DNA of 64,000 bases. It comes from Gammaproteobacteria bacterium (GTDB lineage: Bacteria > Pseudomonadota > Gammaproteobacteria > G965277405). The stretch spans positions 1,152,001 to 1,216,000 of the forward strand of contig OZ255726.1 in NCBI GenBank assembly GCA_965277405.1. Direction: 5' to 3'. The translations under genes were made by a program, and so were the position numbers. The notes below the pieces were generated by a model. The model was not told where the DNA came from and did no database searches. It saw only the letters and a list, made by a program, of their open reading frames with translations. This document shows, one piece after another, positions 1 to 11,127 of this stretch. Position 1 is the stretch's first letter; each line of letters starts with the position of its first letter.

Positions 1-32
1 TATTTTCTATTGTAGTAATTGGTTGCTATGTA

Positions 33-905
33 TTGTATAAATACCGAAAAACCATCCGCGTTACTAGCATCTGGTATCCATTTGTAATAGATGAGGCAAC
101 TAAAAAATCTCACTATCGTTCGTCCTTTTTATTTGCAGTGTGCTCTATATTGCTGATTGGCGGAGGTATGCGCCTGCAAAAAATAGATGAAACTGTTAGT
201 ATTAAGCAGAATTATAGGGACTTAATACTAGCAATAGACGCATCAGATAGCATGCGAGTACGCGATATGGAAATAAATAATCAGCTTTTTAGCAGATACG
301 ACGCTGTAAAATATTATATGGATAAGTTTATCGATAAACGTCAAGGTGATCGATTAGGGTTTGTGATATTCGGATCAAAGGCATATATTCAAGCACCATT
401 AACAGCCGATTTATCGGTGATAAAAACATACCTAGAAGAGTCATATATAGGCATTGCTGGGCCAAAGACGGCAATTGGTGATGCACTTGCCTTAGCAGTC
501 AAACAAAAAGACAAAGATGACACGAATCAAGCAATTATTTTAATAACAGACGGCTCAAATACATCAGGAACAATTGATCCATATCAAGCCGTAGCAATTG
601 CAAAAAAAAAGAAGATTAAAATATATACCATAGCTATTGGCAATAGACGATTTTCACGAGACATAGATTTTAGGTTTCTGCAAACCGCTGCAGCATCAAC
701 CAACGGCAAGCATTTCTATGCCAGTAACGCAAATGAATTGGCATCTATTTATGCGCAACTAGATCGACTAGAACAAAATATCGAACAGTCTTCAACGTTT
801 AGCAAGTATTTTGAGTTGTACTATTGGTTTGTATTAGCCTTCATTATTGTGTTTATAGTGGGTTATATGTTTACTCCGTCAAGGCGTGTCAGGAAACATA
901 TATAA
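33..905 (+). CDS. von Willebrand factor A domain protein (BatA-like); the true start may lie upstream of the window
   Basis: MIDAS motif LAIDASDSM, DRLGFVIFG, TAIGDAL, ILITDG; C-terminal TM helix. Confidence 0.85.
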   Translation: MYKYRKTIRVTSIWYPFVIDEATKKSHYRSSFLFAVCSILLIGGGMRLQKIDETVSIKQNYRDLILAIDASDSMRVRDMEINNQLFSRYDAVKYYMDKFIDKRQGDRLGFVIFGSKAYIQAPLTADLSVIKTYLEESYIGIAGPKTAIGDALALAVKQKDKDDTNQAIILITDGSNTSGTIDPYQAVAIAKKKKIKIYTIAIGNRRFSRDIDFRFLQTAAASTNGKHFYASNANELASIYAQLDRLEQNIEQSSTFSKYFELYYWFVLAFIIVFIVGYMFTPSRRVRKHI

Positions 906-924
906 AACAACTTTAGGCAATTTA

Positions 925-1371
925 ATGCGAATCATAATGGATAATAATCAATTAAAAATTGCTGGATTTAGTTTGATTGAATTGCTGATTGTAATGGTGA
1001 TTGTTGCTGTACTCAGTGTTGTCGCCTTGCCAGTATACCAAACGTATGTAGGGCGAGCAAAGTTTACAGAGGTTATTCAAGCTACCGCACCATATAAAAT
1101 TGCCGCAGAAATTGCATGGCAAAATACTGCAACGAGTCTAACTGATCTTGATGCTGGATCCCATGGAATTCCAGATGCAACAGGAAGTAATGACCGCGAA
1201 ATAAAATCTATCACTATGGTCGCTGGAGTTATTACCGCAACAGCAAATACTGTCGTAGATGAAAACAACGCAGGAGTAACTTACGTACTTCAGGCCCACG
1301 ATTTTTCAGGTGGAATCATATGGAAGGTTGATGCTGCCAACAGTAGCTGTAAAAATCTTGGCTATTGTTGA
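925..1371 (+). CDS. Type IV pilin (PilA-like)
   Basis: Prepilin cleavage/methylation motif AG|FSLIELLIV, then ALPVYQTYVGRAKFTEV, C-terminal Cys pair; start at ATG 925 or 937. Confidence 0.88.
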   Translation: MRIIMDNNQLKIAGFSLIELLIVMVIVAVLSVVALPVYQTYVGRAKFTEVIQATAPYKIAAEIAWQNTATSLTDLDAGSHGIPDATGSNDREIKSITMVAGVITATANTVVDENNAGVTYVLQAHDFSGGIIWKVDAANSSCKNLGYC

Positions 1372-1530
1372 AAATGATGTTGTAAAGTTTTGTGTTTATA
1401 GCTGAAGAAGGCGTAGACTAATAAAACTATTGCAAAAACAGCTTCCTATCTCGACAGCTTGTAGTTAGCTCCTTGAAATTTATGTAATAGCATAAACATA
1501 CAAAACACTTCTATTTACAAAATCAAAGAA

Positions 1531-3468
1531 ATGGCAAAAAATGTACTGATATGGATCGGGATTGTTCTTGGACTTGTATTTATATTAAGTCAAGAGATGA
1601 GCTTTGAGCCGGAACAAGAAAATATTTCATATTCAGATTTCCTCACAAGTGTGCGCAATGGAAAATTATCTCAAGTCACCATAGATGGCTATACTATCTC
1701 AGGGCAATATCAAAATGGACAGGGCTTTGAAACAGTTCGACCAGCTGCGCAAGACCCTAAACTAATTGATGATTTGTACAATAATAAAGTTGAAATCGTA
1801 GGTAAGTTACCTGAGCAACCGTCGTTATGGCGACAATTGCTGGTCGCAAGTTTCCCAATAATATTGATGGTAACAATATTTATGTTAGTAATGCGCCAAA
1901 TGCAAGGAGGCATGGGCGGGGGGCGATCTGGTGGACCAATGTCGTTTGGGCGCAGTAAAGCGAAATTACTCAGGTCCGATGAAGTCAAAGTAACATTTGC
2001 AGATGTTGCAGGAGTCGATGAGGCAAAAGAAGAAGTCAGTGAATTGGTTGAGTTTCTAAAAGAACCTGCAAAATTTAAAAATTTAGGTGGCAAAATACCG
2101 AAAGGGGTGTTGATGTCTGGTTTACCAGGAACAGGTAAAACCTTATTAGCGAAAGCCATCGCTGGAGAGGCAGATGTGCCATTCTTTAGCATCTCTGGAT
2201 CGGATTTCGTAGAAATGTTTGTAGGTGTTGGCGCCTCAAGGGTGCGCGACATGTTTACCCAAGCTCGAAAACAATCACCATGCATTATTTTTATTGATGA
2301 GATTGATGCAGTCGGTCGTCATCGAGGTGCAGGTATGGGCGGTGGTCACGATGAACGTGAGCAAACATTGAATCAATTGCTTGTAGAAATGGACGGCTTT
2401 GATGGACACGAAGGCGTGATTGTCATTGCCGCCACAAATAGGCCTGATGTACTTGACCCAGCACTTCTTCGACCAGGTAGATTCGACAGGCAGGTCGTAG
2501 TTGGGTTGCCAGACATCCGTGGGAGAACAGAAATTCTGCAGGTTCATACACGTAAAGTACCGATAGATAAAAATGTTAATGTTGAAGTAATCGCGCGTGC
2601 AACACCTGGTTTTTCTGGCGCTGATTTAGCAAATCTCGTGAATGAAGCTGCATTATTTTCTGCGAAAAAAGGTAGGAGAAAAGTCAGCATGGCTGAGTTT
2701 GAACAAGCTAAAGATAAAATTTTAATGGGTGCCGAACGCCGCTCGATGGTGATGAGTGACGAAGAAAAACGCAATACTGCATACCATGAGTCAGGTCATG
2801 CAATCGTTGGGAGACTGGTTCCAGAACATGATCCTGTGTATAAAGTGACTATTATTCCACGTGGTAGGGCACTTGGGGTAACAATGTTCTTGCCAGAAAA
2901 AGATAAATACAGCCATAGTAAACGTGCAATTGAGAGTCAGATTGCTAGCTTATTTGGTGGGCGAGTAGCGGAAGAATTGACGTTAGGAAGTGATGGTATA
3001 ACTACAGGTGCATCGAACGATATTGAACGCGCCACCAGTCTGGCAAGGAATATGGTTACAAAATGGGGGTTATCTGAGGCAATTGGACCGTTACATTTTG
3101 GTGAAGAGAATGAAAATCCATTTTTGGGCTATTCAGCAGCAAAACAACAAAGCCCAATTGCTAGTGATACAGCAAATAAAATTGATGCCGAAGTAAAGCG
3201 CATCATTCAACAATCACACGTTCGGGCTAAAAAAATTCTGGTTGACAATCGTGATATTTTAGAACTTATGTCGGATGCGCTGATGGAGTATGAAACGCTT
3301 GAGTCGAAGCAGATTGACGATATTATGAAGAGGATTAAACCCAAGCCCATAGATGAATATAAAGATGATGATAGCGGTAGCGCATCTTCAACAGTTAATA
3401 AGCAGAAAAAACCTAAAGCAATGAAAACTGATGACTATAAAGGCACAGGGGACCCATCAGTTGCTTAG
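1531..3468 (+). CDS. ftsH: ATP-dependent zinc metalloprotease FtsH
   Basis: Two N-terminal TMs, Walker A GLPGTGKT, Walker [21 protein letters not shown], zinc motif HESGH. Confidence 0.98.
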   Translation: MAKNVLIWIGIVLGLVFILSQEMSFEPEQENISYSDFLTSVRNGKLSQVTIDGYTISGQYQNGQGFETVRPAAQDPKLIDDLYNNKVEIVGKLPEQPSLWRQLLVASFPIILMVTIFMLVMRQMQGGMGGGRSGGPMSFGRSKAKLLRSDEVKVTFADVAGVDEAKEEVSELVEFLKEPAKFKNLGGKIPKGVLMSGLPGTGKTLLAKAIAGEADVPFFSISGSDFVEMFVGVGASRVRDMFTQARKQSPCIIFIDEIDAVGRHRGAGMGGGHDEREQTLNQLLVEMDGFDGHEGVIVIAATNRPDVLDPALLRPGRFDRQVVVGLPDIRGRTEILQVHTRKVPIDKNVNVEVIARATPGFSGADLANLVNEAALFSAKKGRRKVSMAEFEQAKDKILMGAERRSMVMSDEEKRNTAYHESGHAIVGRLVPEHDPVYKVTIIPRGRALGVTMFLPEKDKYSHSKRAIESQIASLFGGRVAEELTLGSDGITTGASNDIERATSLARNMVTKWGLSEAIGPLHFGEENENPFLGYSAAKQQSPIASDTANKIDAEVKRIIQQSHVRAKKILVDNRDILELMSDALMEYETLESKQIDDIMKRIKPKPIDEYKDDDSGSASSTVNKQKKPKAMKTDDYKGTGDPSVA

Positions 3469-3692
3469 TATAAAATCAGTTGATTATTTTTGATTATATT
3501 TATCAAAGGTTCCTTCATAGTTGAAAATTACAGTAAAAAGCCACAGATATTTTGAAAATTAGCAATTTTTATTTAGATTTATATGTAAAATTCATCCTTT
3601 TTAAACCTATTATTCAGTAACAACTATGATATACACCAATTATGGTGCATACAGAGATAACTGGGTTACATGGTTTTTGTGTCTTACAATAT

Positions 3693-3769
3693 AGGCGCGT
3701 AGCTCAGTTGGTTAGAGCACTACCTTGACATGGTAGGGGTCGTTGGTTCGATTCCAATCGCGCCTACCA
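3693..3769 (+). tRNA. tRNA-Val (GAC)
   Basis: AGGCGCG/CGCGCCT acceptor stem, D-arm AGCTCAGTTGGTTAGAGC, anticodon arm CTACC-TTGACAT-GGTAG, GGTTCGATTCC T-arm, encoded CCA. Confidence 0.96.
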
Positions 3770-3817
3770 TTGTATAAAAAAATTATAAGCAATTAGTGAC
3801 GTTCAACTCTGCGGTAT

Positions 3818-5710
3818 ATGCCAAAAATTACACTTCCTGATAATACAGTTCTTGATTATCCACACCCGGTTACATTAGGTGAAGTGGCAATTAAAATAGG
3901 AGCAGGCTTGGCAAAGGCTGCAGTAGCTGGCAGCGTCAATGGTAAGCAGCAAGACTTGGATGATGTCATCACACAAGATAGTTCGGTGCTACTGTATACT
4001 GCCAAGAACCCAGAAGGAGTTGCAGTAATTAGACACTCTTGCGCACATTTATTTGGTCACGCAATTAAACAGCTGTTCCCCAATGTACAAATGGCAATTG
4101 GCCCCGTAATTGAAAATGGTTTTTACTACGATATTAAGTATGAGCGGAGCATTACTTTAGCTGAAATGGCAGAAGTTGAGCAACGCATGATGGTACTTGC
4201 GAAACAAGCATATGTTGTCAACAAAGTTATGACCAAGCGCTGCGAAGCTATTGAAATATTCACAACACGGCATGAACCCTATAAGCTTGAATTAATCAGA
4301 GACCTCCCCAATGTTACAGAATTTGGCTTATATCACCATCAAGAATACATCGACATGTGTATTGGCCCACATGTTCCGCATATGGGGCATATTAAGGCAT
4401 TTAAACTGACAAGTATTGCTGGAGCATATTGGCGCGGTGATGCCAACAATACGGCAATGCAACGCTTTTATGGCACATGTTGGCCCGATACCAAGCAGCT
4501 ACGCCAATACTTATTTCAACTAGAACAAGCGCAGCTGCGCGATCACCGTAAACTGGGCAAACATCTTGGTTTATTTCACCAACAAGAAGAAGCACCAGGC
4601 ATGGTGTTTTGGCATGCAAAAGGTCAGCTATTATTTTGTTTAATAGAGCAGTATTTGCGGAAAAAATTTAATGATACTGGCTATCAGGAAATCAAAACAC
4701 CGTTATTGATTGATAAATCGTTGTGGGAAAAATCTGGGCATTGGGAGAAGTTTCGTGACGACATGTTTGTTACTGATTCTGAAAAAAGAACATTTTGTGT
4801 AAAACCAATGAATTGTCCAGGTCATATTCAAATCTTTAATCAAGGATTAAAAAGCTATAAAGAGCTGCCAATACGCTTTGCGGAATTTGGTGTTGTCCAC
4901 AGAAACGAAGCCAGCGGGACATTACACGGACTGATGCGGTTACGTAGTTTTACCCAAGATGATTCACACGTGTTTTGCAAGGAAGAGCAGCTGCTTGATG
5001 AAGTAGGGCAGATGATTGATATAATACTCAACGTCTATCAAGACTTCGGTTTTGATGAAGTTGAACTGAAACTATCAACCAGGCCAGCGCAACGTGTTGG
5101 CGCTGATGAAATTTGGGATAAAGCAGAACACGCACTCGCAGCTGCGCTTAATAGCAAAAATCTCACATGGCAAGAGTTGCCAGGAGAAGGCGCATTTTAT
5201 GGTCCAAAGATTGAGTTTTCATTACGAGATTGCTTACATCGAGTATGGCAATGTGGCACAATTCAAGTAGACTTTTCTATGCCAGCAAGACTTGGAGCTG
5301 TATACATTGATAGCGATAATAGCAAGCGCGTACCAGTTATGATTCACCGAGCAGTGCTTGGTTCAATTGAACGTTTTATAGGAATTTTGATTGAGCACTA
5401 TGCAGGCAAGCTGCCAGTTTGGTTGGCACCGGTACAATGTGTTATTTTACCAATTTCCGAACATCAACATCAGTATGCCGAATCAGTACAAACGCAATTG
5501 CGAGTATTAGGCGTGCGTAGCGAGACCGATATGCGCGCTGAGAAAATAAATTATAAAATTCGTAACCACAGTATGAACAAAACGCCATATTTATTTATTG
5601 TTGGTGACGCAGAGCAGCAAAAAAACAGCGTGCGAGTCCGCGAGCAAAATGGCACAGACTTGGGTGAATTGTCACTTGAGTCCGCACAAAAACTATTTCT
5701 TGCAAAATGA
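3818..5710 (+). CDS. thrS: Threonine--tRNA ligase
   Basis: TGS N-terminus, RHSCAH editing motif, KPMNCPGH, GAFYGPKIE, MIHRA. Confidence 0.98.
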   Translation: MPKITLPDNTVLDYPHPVTLGEVAIKIGAGLAKAAVAGSVNGKQQDLDDVITQDSSVLLYTAKNPEGVAVIRHSCAHLFGHAIKQLFPNVQMAIGPVIENGFYYDIKYERSITLAEMAEVEQRMMVLAKQAYVVNKVMTKRCEAIEIFTTRHEPYKLELIRDLPNVTEFGLYHHQEYIDMCIGPHVPHMGHIKAFKLTSIAGAYWRGDANNTAMQRFYGTCWPDTKQLRQYLFQLEQAQLRDHRKLGKHLGLFHQQEEAPGMVFWHAKGQLLFCLIEQYLRKKFNDTGYQEIKTPLLIDKSLWEKSGHWEKFRDDMFVTDSEKRTFCVKPMNCPGHIQIFNQGLKSYKELPIRFAEFGVVHRNEASGTLHGLMRLRSFTQDDSHVFCKEEQLLDEVGQMIDIILNVYQDFGFDEVELKLSTRPAQRVGADEIWDKAEHALAAALNSKNLTWQELPGEGAFYGPKIEFSLRDCLHRVWQCGTIQVDFSMPARLGAVYIDSDNSKRVPVMIHRAVLGSIERFIGILIEHYAGKLPVWLAPVQCVILPISEHQHQYAESVQTQLRVLGVRSETDMRAEKINYKIRNHSMNKTPYLFIVGDAEQQKNSVRVREQNGTDLGELSLESAQKLFLAK

Positions 5711-5817
5711 CTACTGCGCGAAGTTGCGTATTTCGTGTAATATTATTCAGATACATTCGTCCACAACTACAAACCATGCGATGATTATTATATTGCTTTT
5801 AAAAAAGGAGTAGCACC

Positions 5818-6339
5818 ATAGCCAAACAAAAAAAAAGATTAGTTAACGAAGACATTGAAGCTGTAACCTTACGCGTAATCGATGAGGTTGGTAAACAAGT
5901 AGGTGTTATGGACAGAGAGCAGGCATTGCAGCTTGCTAAAAGTAAATCACTGGACTTGCTGCTGATTGCAGACATGGGGGAACCGCCAGTCGCCAAGATT
6001 ATTGATTACGGCAAATATCTTTTCGACGCAAAAAAGAAAAAAAGCGCTTCACAGAAAAAGCAACATCAGACACAATTGAAAGAAATAAAAATCCGCCCAG
6101 GCACCGAAGAAAGTGACTATCAGGTAAAAATTCGCAACCTGACTCGTTTCCTTAATGATGGTGATAAGACAAAAGTAACATTACGTTTTCGTGGTCGAGA
6201 GATGGCGCATACGGAATTAGGCAGAAAAATGCTCGAACGCATTAAGCTTGATCTCGATGAACATGGAGACGTTGAACAGATGCCTGAGCTTGAAGGAAGA
6301 CAAATGATTATGATTTTGTCGCCAAAACGTAAAAACTAA
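5818..6339 (+). CDS. infC: Translation initiation factor IF-3, non-canonical ATA start
   Basis: PPVAKIIDYGKY and KVTLRFRGRE motifs; the frame is open upstream of ATG 5908 to an ATA at 5818 preceded by AGGAG; the extension encodes the conserved VNEDI...LRVIDE..KQVG segment. Confidence 0.93.
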   Translation: MAKQKKRLVNEDIEAVTLRVIDEVGKQVGVMDREQALQLAKSKSLDLLLIADMGEPPVAKIIDYGKYLFDAKKKKSASQKKQHQTQLKEIKIRPGTEESDYQVKIRNLTRFLNDGDKTKVTLRFRGREMAHTELGRKMLERIKLDLDEHGDVEQMPELEGRQMIMILSPKRKN

Positions 6340-6362
6340 AATTAACTTAATGCGAGCATTAT

Positions 6363-6557
6363 ATGTCAAAAATTAAATCAAATCGTGGGGCTGCCAAGCG
6401 TTTTAAGGCGCGGGCAAACTACATCAAACGTAAACAGTCGTTCCTACGGCACATTCTTACTAAAAAGTCCACAAAACGTAAACGGGCACTACGACCTAAA
6501 CTAGCTGTGCATAAATCTGATGTGGCATCGATCAAACGAATGCTTCCAAATCTATAA
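6363..6557 (+). CDS. rpmI: 50S ribosomal protein L35
   Basis: [13 protein letters not shown]...[12 protein letters not shown]; position between infC and rplT. Confidence 0.96.
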   Translation: MSKIKSNRGAAKRFKARANYIKRKQSFLRHILTKKSTKRKRALRPKLAVHKSDVASIKRMLPNL

Positions 6558-6569
6558 TTAGGAACTGAC

Positions 6570-6932
6570 ATGCCAAGAGTAACAAGATCTGTTGTCGCCC
6601 GCGCTAAACATAAAAAAATTTTAAAACAGGCTAAAGGATATTATGGGGCGAGGAGCAGAGTATTTCGCGTTGCCAAACAAGCCGTTATTAAAGCCAAACA
6701 ATATGCATACCGAGATCGGCGCAATAAAAAAAGAGACTTTCGTAGACTGTGGATTGTGCGTATTAACGCAGCAGCGCGTATGTATGATATGACCTATAGC
6801 CAATTTATTCATGGTCTTCATACAGCAGAAATAGCGATCGATCGCAAGATTCTTGCAGATATTGCGGTACACGACCTTGCGGCATTTGCAGAATTGATTG
6901 CAAAAATCAAGCAAGCTGCACCTAATAAGTAA
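6570..6932 (+). CDS. rplT: 50S ribosomal protein L20
   Basis: [10 protein letters not shown]...[25 protein letters not shown]. Confidence 0.98.
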   Translation: MPRVTRSVVARAKHKKILKQAKGYYGARSRVFRVAKQAVIKAKQYAYRDRRNKKRDFRRLWIVRINAAARMYDMTYSQFIHGLHTAEIAIDRKILADIAVHDLAAFAELIAKIKQAAPNK

Positions 6933-6958
6933 CGTTTATCAAGTAGAGATAGCAACGC

Positions 6959-7981
6959 ATGGAGCAAATCCAGGCTATACAACAGCATGCGCAAACATTA
7001 ATTGAAGCAGTAGCTTCTTTGCAGGATGTAGAGCGTGTCCGCACCAAGGTGACTGGTAAGCAGAGCCAACTTACACAGGCATTTAGAGCGCTGAAATCGC
7101 TACCGCCAGCAGAAAAGACCCAAGTTGGTGCCGCCTTAAATGTTGCAAAGAATTATGTGCATGATTTGTTGAAAAACAAAGAAGCAATGCTGCAACAAGA
7201 GTATTACCAACAACAAATGAAACGTGAAGCTATTGACGTTACTTTGCCTGGAATATCCAGAAACTCAGCGGGGGTTCATCCAATCACAGCAACACGTAGA
7301 AAAGCAGAAGCGATATTTCAGTCCATGGGATGTGTGATTGAGACAGGACCAGAAATAGAAGATGAATACCATAATTTTACGGCATTAAACTTGCCTGAAT
7401 TGCACCCGTCGCGTGACTTGATGGACACATTTTATATTGCTGATGATTTAGTATTGCGTACACATACATCACCGGTGCAAGTAAGAACAATGGAGTCTCA
7501 AGCACCGCCGATACAAATGATTTGCCCAGGTCGGGTGTATCGTTGTGATTCTGATGTCACCCATACTCCAATGTTTCATCAAATAGAAGGATTGATCGTT
7601 GATCAAGGGATTGGGTTCGCCCACTTGAAAGGTTGTATGGATACATTTCTACAAGCTTTTTTTGGGTCATCGGTACGTAGCCGCTTTCGATCATCATATT
7701 TTCCATTTACCGAGCCGTCAGCAGAAGTTGATGTGAGTTGTGTGAATTGTGATGGTATAGGTTGTCGCGTTTGTGCGCATACAGGTTGGATAGAAATACT
7801 CGGTTGCGGAATGGTCAATCCAAAAGTATTGCGTATGTCTAATATAGATGCTGATAAATACACGGGTTTTGCGTTTGGAATTGGGATAGAGCGCTTAGCA
7901 ATGCTAGATTTACATGTCGCAGACATTCGTTTGTTGTATGAAAACGAGCGCACATTTTTACAACAATTCATCGCTGAGTAA
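6959..7981 (+). CDS. pheS: Phenylalanine--tRNA ligase alpha subunit
   Basis: LRTHTSPVQVR, FHQIEG, YFPFTEPS, GFAFGIGIERL. Confidence 0.98.
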   Translation: MEQIQAIQQHAQTLIEAVASLQDVERVRTKVTGKQSQLTQAFRALKSLPPAEKTQVGAALNVAKNYVHDLLKNKEAMLQQEYYQQQMKREAIDVTLPGISRNSAGVHPITATRRKAEAIFQSMGCVIETGPEIEDEYHNFTALNLPELHPSRDLMDTFYIADDLVLRTHTSPVQVRTMESQAPPIQMICPGRVYRCDSDVTHTPMFHQIEGLIVDQGIGFAHLKGCMDTFLQAFFGSSVRSRFRSSYFPFTEPSAEVDVSCVNCDGIGCRVCAHTGWIEILGCGMVNPKVLRMSNIDADKYTGFAFGIGIERLAMLDLHVADIRLLYENERTFLQQFIAE

Positions 7982-7992
7982 AGTAAAACGCA

Positions 7993-10404
7993 ATGAAGTG
8001 TTCTACCCAGTGGTTACAGGCGCATCTGCAAAGCGATGAATCAATTGAGCAAATAGCTGAAACTCTGTCGTTTGCAGGGTTAGAGGTTGATTCACTACAA
8101 GCGGTTGCTGCAAAATTTGATGATGTCGTGGTGGCAGAGATACAAGAGGTAATACAGCACCCCAACGCTGATACCCTTAAACTGTGCAAGGTATTTGATG
8201 GAATACAGCGCTATCAAATTGTTTGTGGAGCGACTAATGTTCGTGTAGGTTTGCGTACAGCCTTGGCGAAAATAGGCGCGGTTCTTCCTGGAAACCTTAT
8301 TATTAAGAAATCTCATATTCGTGGAGAAGAATCGTTGGGGATGATGTGTTCAGTCCGCGAGCTGACGCTAGGTGAAGATCATGATGGCATTGTTGAAATC
8401 GATGCAAATATAGCGCTTGGCAGCAATATATATGAGTATTTCCAACTCGATGATCAAATCATTGAAATTGGCGTAACACCAAACCGTGGCGACTGCTTAA
8501 GTGTCGCAGGCATCGCCAGAGACATTGCTGCTCAGCAGCAATGCGCGCGGATCACGCCAAAAATAACACCAGTTGTAGCTAGCACAAGCTCAGCAATAGC
8601 TGTGAATGTGCATGCAACAGCAGCATGTCCAGTATTCTGTTTACGTGTTATTGATGGTATTGACCATGATGCGCAAACACCACTTTGGATGCGTGAACGG
8701 TTGCGGCGCAGTGGGGTGCGTTTAGTAAGCCCTATAGTGGATATTACCAATTATGTTATGTTGGAAATCGGCCAACCCATGCATGCATTTGAACGTGGTG
8801 CTTTTGCTGAAACGTTGCATGTGCGCTGGGCTGGTGCGGATGAACAAGTGCAACTGCTCAATGGTAAAACAATTAAACTTAGTACAGATGAACTAGTGAT
8901 AGCCAACGATACCCAAAACGATACCCAAGCTGTGGCGCTTGCTGGTGTTATGGGCAGCTTGCAATCAGAAGTATCGAGCAAATCGACGTCAATTGTGCTT
9001 GAAGCCGCGCATTTTATTCCAAATGTGATTCGCGGGAAAAGCCGCAAATTCTCTTTAAATTCCGAAGCTTCAATGCGGTTTGAGCGTGGCGTGGATTATA
9101 CATTGCCGCAGCAGGCAATTGAGTATGCGACACAATTGCTGCTTGATATTGTCGGAGGCAACGCCGGTCCTGTAGTGGTAGCCGATACAATTGAAGAGTG
9201 TTATCCAGCACAGCATGTAACACTATATTTTGCGCATTTAGATAAAGTAACGGGAACACATATAGACCCAGCAAGAGCAATCAGCATTTTAGCATCGCTA
9301 GGCTTTGTTGCTGCAGAGCAAACAGCAGATAGTATTACGGTTATTGTGCCAACATTCCGCTTTGATATTGAGCAACAAGCCGACCTCATTGAAGAAGTAT
9401 TGCGTATTTATGGCTTTGATAATATTCCAGCGAAATTGCCTAATTTTCAGATACAGGATCGTGGTAATAAGCAAATATCACAACAAGATAGTATTACAAC
9501 GGCAATGACAGTATTAGGATATCAAGAAGCGATTACCTATAGTTTTATAGATCTCAACCAGCATCTTTGGTTTGCTGACACCAGCAACGCAGTGCCTTTA
9601 CGCAACCCAATTTCAACTAGCATGTCGCATATGCGGACAAGCTTGCTGCCAGGTTTGATTCAGACATTGCAATTCAACAGCAATCGCAAGAATGTAAACT
9701 TGCGGTTTTTTGAAATAGGCGCTGTTTTTCAGCCAATTGTGGCATTATCAGCATCACCTTCACTTGAGCAAATTGATCAATTTCAAATGGTTGGGATGGC
9801 AATGATGTGCGAAAACCTGCACGGACAAGATTGGCAATCAAATGTTGCCGCGTCATGGTATCACTTAAAAGGTGATCTTGAATCTTTAATGAAACAACAC
9901 CGAACATTTGAATATCAGGCTGCAAGTCTACCAGGATTTCACCCGACACAATGTGCTCAGATTAGCGTATCTGGCAGGCAAGCCGGTGTTATAGGCAGAC
10001 TTGACCCTATATTGCAGCAGCAGCTATTCACCCAGAATGAGTCGCCAGTTTTTCTTGCTCAATTACGCTTAGACGTATTACAAACAACGGCTATAGTAGC
10101 GCCACATGTTGTTTCAAAGTTCCCAGCGGTAAGCCGCGATCTTGCTTTGGTATTGCAGCAACAAACGACATATGCAGAAGTAGCAAACAATATTCGCAAT
10201 GTGTCGTCTCATGATTTACAGTCGCTTGAAACCTTTGATGTGTTTGTTGATGAAGATAAAATTGGTGTAGGGAGGAAGAGTATTGCAATTCGACTCACTT
10301 GGAAAAAGGCTGATGGAACATATACCGTTGAGGAGATAGATGCGAAAATTGCCAGAATTTGCAAACAGTTACAAACACAGTTAGGTATCGGACTGCGTGC
10401 ATGA
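7993..10404 (+). CDS. pheT: Phenylalanine--tRNA ligase beta subunit
   Basis: HPNADTL, TPNRGDCLS, VDITNYVMLEIGQPMHAF, RFERGVD, SKFPAVSRDLA. Confidence 0.97.
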   Translation: MKCSTQWLQAHLQSDESIEQIAETLSFAGLEVDSLQAVAAKFDDVVVAEIQEVIQHPNADTLKLCKVFDGIQRYQIVCGATNVRVGLRTALAKIGAVLPGNLIIKKSHIRGEESLGMMCSVRELTLGEDHDGIVEIDANIALGSNIYEYFQLDDQIIEIGVTPNRGDCLSVAGIARDIAAQQQCARITPKITPVVASTSSAIAVNVHATAACPVFCLRVIDGIDHDAQTPLWMRERLRRSGVRLVSPIVDITNYVMLEIGQPMHAFERGAFAETLHVRWAGADEQVQLLNGKTIKLSTDELVIANDTQNDTQAVALAGVMGSLQSEVSSKSTSIVLEAAHFIPNVIRGKSRKFSLNSEASMRFERGVDYTLPQQAIEYATQLLLDIVGGNAGPVVVADTIEECYPAQHVTLYFAHLDKVTGTHIDPARAISILASLGFVAAEQTADSITVIVPTFRFDIEQQADLIEEVLRIYGFDNIPAKLPNFQIQDRGNKQISQQDSITTAMTVLGYQEAITYSFIDLNQHLWFADTSNAVPLRNPISTSMSHMRTSLLPGLIQTLQFNSNRKNVNLRFFEIGAVFQPIVALSASPSLEQIDQFQMVGMAMMCENLHGQDWQSNVAASWYHLKGDLESLMKQHRTFEYQAASLPGFHPTQCAQISVSGRQAGVIGRLDPILQQQLFTQNESPVFLAQLRLDVLQTTAIVAPHVVSKFPAVSRDLALVLQQQTTYAEVANNIRNVSSHDLQSLETFDVFVDEDKIGVGRKSIAIRLTWKKADGTYTVEEIDAKIARICKQLQTQLGIGLRA

Positions 10405-10721
10405 GTACAATAACAAAAGCAGATATTCGATATCAACTCGAGCGCTCTGGCAAGTTTGATTTTCTCGAGGCAAACCAAGTTGTTGATTTGTTTTTTCAAA
10501 TTCAAGCAGATACTTTAGCAAACCATAACAAGGTAAAGTTGCCAAGTATTGGCACCTTTTCAATTGTGGAAAAAAAAGCACGTTTGGGTAGAAACCCGAA
10601 AACAGGAGAAGATGCAGCAATACCTAAACACTTTACAATTATTTTTCGCAGTGGACCAAAACTGCGGAAGAAACTTATAGAGAAGTCAGCATATATTATT
10701 GAAAAAATTACAGATGGGTAA
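10401..10721 (+). CDS. ihfA: Integration host factor alpha subunit (divergent)
   Basis: GRNPKTGE arm motif, MSTITKADI N-terminus, ATGA overlap with the pheT stop, canonical position. Confidence 0.85.
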   Translation: MSTITKADIRYQLERSGKFDFLEANQVVDLFFQIQADTLANHNKVKLPSIGTFSIVEKKARLGRNPKTGEDAAIPKHFTIIFRSGPKLRKKLIEKSAYIIEKITDG

Positions 10722-10745
10722 TACCAGTGGCTATTATGACGTTAT

Positions 10746-10819
10746 CGGGGCGTAGCGCAGTTTGGTAGCGCACCACGCTGGGGGTGTGGGGGTCGTAGGT
10801 TCAAATCCTGCCGTCCCGA
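10746..10819 (+). tRNA. tRNA-Pro (GGG); CCA not encoded
   Basis: CGGGGCG/CGTCCCG acceptor stem, D-arm GCGCAGTTTGGTAGCGC, anticodon loop CTGGGGG, GGTTCAAATCC; usual position after ihfA. Confidence 0.93.
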
Positions 10820-11127
10820 TCAATCAGCAACAGTCAAACTATGTTATAAACAATATTCAATAACAATAAAGTAAATGTTTATTAACTCCATGATAGAGCA
10901 ATCTACGGCTCTACAGATGGGGCACCTATTTATTACTAACAGGAAGGATACAGGTTATTACTGATGGGAAAGGTACAGGCACTGCTTGTTACAATCCATA
11001 ATCATAATGGAATAATGCTGCCAGCAAGCTGTTGTTACAACGTTATACGCGCTTATATGGCTATGAGCGCCAAATACTTCACTTTCTCCTCCTGTGCCGT
11101 ATACGTGTCGTTTATCAGCAGAAAATT

